Under the pieces are notes generated by a model. That model was not told where the DNA came from and ran no database searches. It was given only the letters and a program-made list of their open reading frames with translations. The translations under genes were made by a program, and so were the position numbers. From Bacteroidales bacterium (GTDB lineage Bacteria > Bacteroidota > Bacteroidia > Bacteroidales > CAIWKO01): a DNA stretch of 64,000 nucleotides. Positions 58,595 to 64,000 of the stretch are shown piece after piece. Position 1 is the first letter of the stretch; each line of letters opens with the position of its first letter. The DNA is taken from NCBI GenBank assembly GCA_035389045.1, contig DAOORA010000012.1:1-64000 (forward strand). Reading direction: 5' to 3'.

Positions 58595-60247
58595 TTATTT
58601 TTTCAAGTACATAAATCGCTTGATCTTCTGCGTGGCAGTCTTCTGAAAAGGATCAGGCTGTGAAATGATTATCTGAACCCGGCTAAAACGGTTTACACGT
58701 TTATTTACGTATTCTTTAAGCTCAACTTTCAATTCTTCGATTTTCTTATCCACATATTCAGAAAGTTCTGCTTTCAGATGCTGATATTTCGTTTCAATTT
58801 CTTCCTTGTTAAAATATACCAGGGCAACCAGCTTTCCTTTATCCTCAACCACCAAAGAATCGCCAACATAATTGAAATTATTGATCACGGTTTCTATCTC
58901 TTCAGGATAAATATTTTCTCCGCTATTCATTATGATCATATTCTTTAGACGGCCTTTGATAAACAGATAGTTATCTTTATTAAAAATCCCCAGGTCGCCG
59001 GTGCGGAACCAGCCGTTTTCATCCAGCACTGTCCGCGTCAGTTCAGGTTCTTTATAATAACCCAACATAACATTAGGCCCTCTGGCCACGATTTCGCCCT
59101 CGCCGGTTACCGGGTCAGGGTTCATGATTTTAAGTTCCACACCATCCATAGCGGGACCCGTTGACTGCCATTTGGTACTGAAAGGACCGGCGCCGGCCAG
59201 CAAAGGCGCAGTTTCTGTCAATCCATAGCCAATAGCGTAAGGAAAACGGGCTTCAATAAGAAAACGCTCCACCACCTTATCCAGTTTAGCGCCGCCGATG
59301 CCGAAGAATTTCACCTGTCCGCCAAAGGTTTCCATGAGTTTTTTGCCTGCCAGCCGGTGCAATATTTTTCGAAAAAACGATAAATGGTAAAGCCTACACA
59401 TTAATTTACCCTTGGTAAATTTAGGCAGCACAGCATTACGATACACTTTTTCAATTATCAAAGGAACAGTGAGCAGTATGGTGGGTTTAACCTGTTTCAG
59501 CGCGGGCATCAGCACAGGAGGTGTTGGAGGTTTCCTGAGATAGTAAGTGCAGGCGCCATAGATCATGGGCAAAATCAGCCCGAGGGTGTTTTCATAGGTA
59601 TGCGATAACGGCAGCACCGACAAAAAACGGTCATTTTCATTCACCGGCTGTATGATGCTTGATTTTATGGCATCAAAACAAATGTTTTTATGCGATAGCA
59701 TAACTCCCTTGGGTTTGCCGGTTGTCCCCGAGGTATAAATAATGGCCGCCAGCATGTTTTCTTCCACAGTGTAAATGTTGAAAGGCATTGCCGAAGGGTC
59801 AAAAGTAACATCTTGACGTGCAGGGTTCAGATTTTCCAGGTTATCCAAAATAATTATATCCTTTGTAATATTATTTTCAATACCTTTTATTTTGTACCTG
59901 AGGTTTTCTGAAACAAACAACAGTCTGGTTTCCGAATGTAACAGAAATTTTTCGATCTCACCGCTGTGAAAATCAGGAAGCAAAGGCACGACAACAGCAC
60001 CCATAAAGGTAATGGCAAAATAAGCCACACCCCAGTTAGGCATGTTGGTGCTGAGTATGGCAACCTTGTCACCCGGCCTGATGTTTAATTGCTCCATCAT
60101 GGCTATCAGCGCATTGATCCTTTTATGCATTTGCCTGTATGTAAGCGGAGATTCACCCACAAAAGCCAGTGCATTATGATCGGGGAACTTACTTACTGTA
60201 TCGGAAAATAAAACAGGAAATGTTAAAATTTGATTTTTATCGGACAT
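58595..60247 (-). CDS. Long-chain fatty acid--CoA ligase (AMP-binding)
   Basis: YTSGTTGKPKGV.L.H.N, GYGLTET, GPNVM.GYY, WFRTGDLG, GENIYPEEIE. Confidence 0.92.
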   Translation of the reverse strand: MSDKNQILTFPVLFSDTVSKFPDHNALAFVGESPLTYRQMHKRINALIAMMEQLNIRPGDKVAILSTNMPNWGVAYFAITFMGAVVVPLLPDFHSGEIEKFLLHSETRLLFVSENLRYKIKGIENNITKDIIILDNLENLNPARQDVTFDPSAMPFNIYTVEENMLAAIIYTSGTTGKPKGVMLSHKNICFDAIKSSIIQPVNENDRFLSVLPLSHTYENTLGLILPMIYGACTYYLRKPPTPPVLMPALKQVKPTILLTVPLIIEKVYRNAVLPKFTKGKLMCRLYHLSFFRKILHRLAGKKLMETFGGQVKFFGIGGAKLDKVVERFLIEARFPYAIGYGLTETAPLLAGAGPFSTKWQSTGPAMDGVELKIMNPDPVTGEGEIVARGPNVMLGYYKEPELTRTVLDENGWFRTGDLGIFNKDNYLFIKGRLKNMIIMNSGENIYPEEIETVINNFNYVGDSLVVEDKGKLVALVYFNKEEIETKYQHLKAELSEYVDKKIEELKVELKEYVNKRVNRFSRVQIIISQPDPFQKTATQKIKRFMYLKK

Positions 60248-60266
60248 TAATTTAAGTTTAACAGTG

Positions 60267-60274
60267 CAAAATTA
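60267..60274 (-). promoter_or_regulatory. Bacteroidota -7 promoter box (acyl-CoA ligase)
   Basis: Minus-strand TAATTTTG(CA). Confidence 0.6.
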
Positions 60275-60344
60275 CTAAAAATACACATATCAGAACGTTA
60301 TGTGGAAACAATTATTTCATAAACTTTGTTAAAAATAAGGAGCA

Positions 60345-62159
60345 TTATTCATCCTGCACCGCTTTCCTGCTACGTTTGCGCATGGTTTCATCAAGGACTA
60401 TTTTTCGTAACCGTATGGACTTAGGCGTTACCTCTACATATTCATCATCCTTAATATACTCCATCGCTTCTTCAAGCGAAAACTTAACAGCAGGTATGAT
60501 CACGGCTTTATCATCCGATCCCGAAGCCCGTATATTGGTAAGCTTTTTTGTTTTTGTAAGGTTTACGACAATATCATCGTAGCGGGTATTCTCACCAACT
60601 ATCTGCCCTTCGTAAATAGGGTCGTTGGGTTCAACAAAAAAACGCCCTCGGTCCTGAAGTTTATCCAACGCATACGTAATAGCAACACCAGTCTCCCCCG
60701 ATATTAGTGAGCCATTCCGGCGGCTGGCAATCTCCCCTTTCCATGGTTCGAAAGCTTTGAAAGTATGGGCAATCACCGCTTCCCCTTCGGTGGCAGTGAG
60801 TATGGCATTGGTAAGCCCGATGATACCACGTGAGGGGATATCGAATCTCAACTCAATCCGGTCGTTACGGGTTTCGATATTGGCAATCTCTCCTTTGCGC
60901 CTGGTCACAATTTCAATCACCTTGCCTGAAAATGCTTCAGGAACATGGATGGTGAGCATTTCGACAGGTTCATGTTTGACACCCTTTATCTCTTTAATAA
61001 TCACCTGGGGCTGGCCCAGCTGAAACTCATAACCTTCGCGCCGCATGGTCTCCACCAGTATTGAAAGATGCAATATCCCACGGCCAAAAACAACAAGTTT
61101 GTCAGGCGAGTCGGTATCTTCCACGCGTAGTGCGAGATTGCGTTCTGTTTCGCGGAAAAGCCGGTCGCGCAAATGTCGCGATGTAACATATACGCCATCT
61201 TTGCCGAAAAACGGCGAGTTGTTCACGGTGAACAACATGCTCATAGTCGGTTCGTCAACACTGATCGGGGCCAGTCCTTCAGGATTTTCAAGGTCGGCAA
61301 TGGTATCCCCGATTTCAAAATTTTCGGGGCCAAGCACCGCACATATTTCCCCTGCTCCAACCTCATATTTTACTTTTTCTTTGCCTAAGCCCTCAAATAA
61401 ATACAGTTCTTTAATATAAGTCCTGGTGGTTGTTCCGTCATTTTTCACCAAAGAAAGCTGCATCCCGGCTTTGATGCCTCCACGTGAGATACGACCCACG
61501 GCAATACGTCCTACGTAGGAGGAATAATCCAGTGAGGTGATCTGCATCTGCAGTGTGCCGGGCAACTGTTTGGGTGACGGAATATGTCTGATGATAACAT
61601 CAAGCAGATAGCTGACATCATCCGCAGGCTTTTTCCAATCAGCCGACATCCAGCCCTGCTTGGAAGATCCATATACCGTTGGGAAATTCAACTGATCTTC
61701 ACTGGCATCTAAGTTGAACATCAGGTCGAAAACTTTTTCCTGCACTTCTTCGGGTGAACAGTTGGGTTTGTCCACCTTATTTATTACAACAACCGGCTTT
61801 AACCCGAGATCAAGGGCTTTCTGAAGCACAAAACGGGTTTGCGGCATCGGGCCTTCAAAAGCATCCACCAGCAACAACACTCCATCAGCCATATTCAGAA
61901 CCCGCTCAACCTCGCCACCGAAATCAGAGTGTCCGGGAGTATCAATGATATTTATTTTTACACCTTTATACCGGACGGAAACATTTTTGGACAATATCGT
62001 AATCCCCCTTTCCCGCTCCAGATCGTTAGAATCAAGTATCAACTCTTTCTTTTCCTGATTCTCACGAAACAATTTAACCTGGTATAAAATACGGTCGACA
62101 AGCGTTGTTTTTCCGTGATCAACATGTGCTATTATAGCTATATTTCTGATTTCATGCAT
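60345..62159 (-). CDS. typA: Translational GTPase TypA/BipA
   Basis: [56 protein letters not shown]. Start at ATG 62159, with a TACCTTTG box at 62198-62205. Confidence 0.97.
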   Translation of the reverse strand: MHEIRNIAIIAHVDHGKTTLVDRILYQVKLFRENQEKKELILDSNDLERERGITILSKNVSVRYKGVKINIIDTPGHSDFGGEVERVLNMADGVLLLVDAFEGPMPQTRFVLQKALDLGLKPVVVINKVDKPNCSPEEVQEKVFDLMFNLDASEDQLNFPTVYGSSKQGWMSADWKKPADDVSYLLDVIIRHIPSPKQLPGTLQMQITSLDYSSYVGRIAVGRISRGGIKAGMQLSLVKNDGTTTRTYIKELYLFEGLGKEKVKYEVGAGEICAVLGPENFEIGDTIADLENPEGLAPISVDEPTMSMLFTVNNSPFFGKDGVYVTSRHLRDRLFRETERNLALRVEDTDSPDKLVVFGRGILHLSILVETMRREGYEFQLGQPQVIIKEIKGVKHEPVEMLTIHVPEAFSGKVIEIVTRRKGEIANIETRNDRIELRFDIPSRGIIGLTNAILTATEGEAVIAHTFKAFEPWKGEIASRRNGSLISGETGVAITYALDKLQDRGRFFVEPNDPIYEGQIVGENTRYDDIVVNLTKTKKLTNIRASGSDDKAVIIPAVKFSLEEAMEYIKDDEYVEVTPKSIRLRKIVLDETMRKRSRKAVQDE

Positions 62160-62289
62160 CTTACATAGTGAATTAACCGTTTTTTTAAAAGAATTTGCAA
62201 AGGTAGTCTTTATATTCCACAAACAATGTCCTCCGTGAAACATTTGATAGTATATTTGCATTACAAAATATTTATTTATTGACGATAAA

Positions 62290-63147
62290 ATGGCGATGTT
62301 AAAATTATATGGTATTATCGTGTTCGTTTTGTATGCGACAGGAGCGGCATTAAAACCAGACAAAGAAAAAAAAGACGTTTTGGATATAAAGGTAATTGAA
62401 CACTCGCTGGCAAAAATCACTGACAGTATTTACGCAGGGAAGTACGAGGTATCCAATCGCTTATATCGGTTGTTTGAACAAGATCTCAGGGCAAACGGCA
62501 GAACAGATCTGCTAAAGATCACCATGGTGGATTCCTTAAACTGGCGCGATAAACTTGCCTACAATGAACCGTATGTTGATTACTATTATAGTCATCCGGC
62601 CTATAAGGATTATCCCGTTGTTAATGTTTCATATGAGGCTGCTGTGCTGTTCTGCGAATGGCTCACTGAGAAATATAATGAGTTTCCGAAACGAAAATTC
62701 AAAAAAGTGGCGTTCCGGCTACCCTCAGCCAGGGAATGGACCTTTGCAGCCCGATGCAACAAATCATCGTCTCCGTATCCATGGGGATCGTACCTCATGA
62801 AAGACTGCAAATATATGTGCAACTTCAAACATTACGGTGATGAAAGAATTACATACAGAAAAGACCTGAAGACATACGAAATCGTGAAAAAACCCTCTGG
62901 CGGCAACTCTTTTGAATTATTTGACGCAACTGAAATTACAGCGCCTGTCCATTCGTATTTTCCCAATGATTTCGGCTTATACAATGTTTGCGGCAATGTA
63001 GCTGAAATGATCAATGAAAAAGGCAGGACAAGGGGCGGGAGTTATAAAAATACCGGATGGGATGTCAGGATAGATGCCGCAGATACTTTCGAAAAGCCGG
63101 CAACCGACGTGGGTTTCCGCTATTTTATGGAAATATTGGAAAAATAA
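62290..63147 (+). CDS. SUMF1/FGE-sulfatase domain protein
   Basis: YEVSN, YPVVNVS...A..FC.WL, FRLPS..EW, YPWG, PNDFGLYN..GNVAE, RGGS, GFR; TATATTTG box at 62251-62258. Confidence 0.88.
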   Translation: MAMLKLYGIIVFVLYATGAALKPDKEKKDVLDIKVIEHSLAKITDSIYAGKYEVSNRLYRLFEQDLRANGRTDLLKITMVDSLNWRDKLAYNEPYVDYYYSHPAYKDYPVVNVSYEAAVLFCEWLTEKYNEFPKRKFKKVAFRLPSAREWTFAARCNKSSSPYPWGSYLMKDCKYMCNFKHYGDERITYRKDLKTYEIVKKPSGGNSFELFDATEITAPVHSYFPNDFGLYNVCGNVAEMINEKGRTRGGSYKNTGWDVRIDAADTFEKPATDVGFRYFMEILEK

Positions 63148-63150
63148 CTC

Positions 63151-63513
63151 ATGAACCATACAGTTCGTGAACAAAAATTTGTGGTCGTTGCCGAAGCCCA
63201 TACCCATGAGCCGCTGGAAATATTCTTTGCCGATGGCCTGCCGGACCTTCATTCTGAAATTTTCGAAGCAGCCCGTAAAAACTGGGCTGCAAAAGGCGTT
63301 GATACGGTTTGTGCCGGGGGCGGCAGGTTTTGCATCATCGGTAAATTCCTGGTGTTTTACGACAAATCGCAGCAATACCAACGCTTTGATGGATGCGTTG
63401 TCGCCGCATTGAGCAAAAAACACCCTGCTTTCAAAGGAAAAGGATATAAGGTCATCTGTGATACCCGTTACACCGACCCGTGGAAACTCATTAAAGATTC
63501 CGGAATACTTTAA
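63151..63513 (+). CDS. Janus/Ocnus (PHPT1-like phosphohistidine phosphatase) candidate
   Basis: QKFVVV, LHSEIF, KGVDTVCAGGGRF, VFYDKSQQY, KKHP..YKV match the PHPT1 motif order by eye; 3 nt after the upstream stop. Confidence 0.6.
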   Translation: MNHTVREQKFVVVAEAHTHEPLEIFFADGLPDLHSEIFEAARKNWAAKGVDTVCAGGGRFCIIGKFLVFYDKSQQYQRFDGCVVAALSKKHPAFKGKGYKVICDTRYTDPWKLIKDSGIL

Positions 63514-64000
63514 GGGTTTTTATCAAAACTGCGCCGTTCGCCCAGCACATGATAATCTTTTTCCTGTATGGCCTTAAGGGGCAATTCGCGATTTTTGTAC
63601 ATGGACTTTAAATGATAGTTATGAACAGCAAGAGTGATATTTGTGATAATTCCAGACAATAACATTACAGCCATGATCACGGTAAACCATCTTTTGCGGA
63701 ACAGAGGTTCCCAGCAGTAAAAGGAATATATCATCACCAACGGAAAAAGCACATAAAAGGTATGCGATGAGGGGCCTTTCACGCTGAATAAAAAACTTAA
63801 ATACGTATAAATCATGGCAGAAAAAGCTAACCATCTGACCCATATAAAATCACTTTTCGGGTTTCTTCTGAAAAAAGCAATAATAAGGTATCCCGTTTGC
63901 AAAAATCCAATCAGTATAACAAATATAATAAAGGGCGCAGCGGGCCAGTAATCCATAAAAAAACGAATCTTTGACTCTCCATCGGTATCGATAAAACGAG
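63510..64000 (-). CDS. Membrane protein, C-terminal part (5' end outside window)
   Basis: The frame stays open from 63956 to the window edge; several hydrophobic helices. Confidence 0.7.
   Translation of the reverse strand, partial: RFIDTDGESKIRFFMDYWPAAPFIIFVILIGFLQTGYLIIAFFRRNPKSDFIWVRWLAFSAMIYTYLSFLFSVKGPSSHTFYVLFPLVMIYSFYCWEPLFRKRWFTVIMAVMLLSGIITNITLAVHNYHLKSMYKNRELPLKAIQEKDYHVLGERRSFDKNP

Noticed and set aside
56624..58760. oriC next to dnaA
   Set aside because: No cluster of TTWTNCACA boxes; the one perfect box nearby (58746-58754) is inside a CDS, and dnaN is about 47 kb away.
62160..62420. 87-aa N-terminal extension of TypA
   Set aside because: It overlaps divergent promoter boxes and the opposite-strand gene; the conserved sequence starts at 62159.

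Overview
Chromosomal window from a Bacteroidota bacterium, probably Bacteroidales-like, judged from TAnnTTTG -7 promoter boxes, T9SS type A and B cargo proteins and gldF/gldG. Housekeeping genes (rocD, dnaN, xerD, truA, pyk, split transketolase, cysQ, mtaB, lgt, dnaA, typA, tRNA-Lys, RNase P RNA) alternate with accessory tracts. These tracts hold large secreted repeat proteins, a partial flexirubin/aryl-polyene-type ketosynthase cluster, a GH57-like T9SS enzyme, cassette-like single genes and several families of palindromic repeats. The most notable signal is a Type IIG restriction-modification gene (16116-19745) whose methyltransferase carries an in-frame ~209-codon insert. The insert is an IS200/RAYT-like HUH-Y1 transposase domain followed by perfect REP-like palindromes translated as KGLQPL, with no intein motifs. 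The second is a 120-aa ORF (63151-63513) that resembles the eukaryotic phosphohistidine phosphatase PHPT1 (Janus/Ocnus) family. All family assignments are by motif recognition only; no searches were run.
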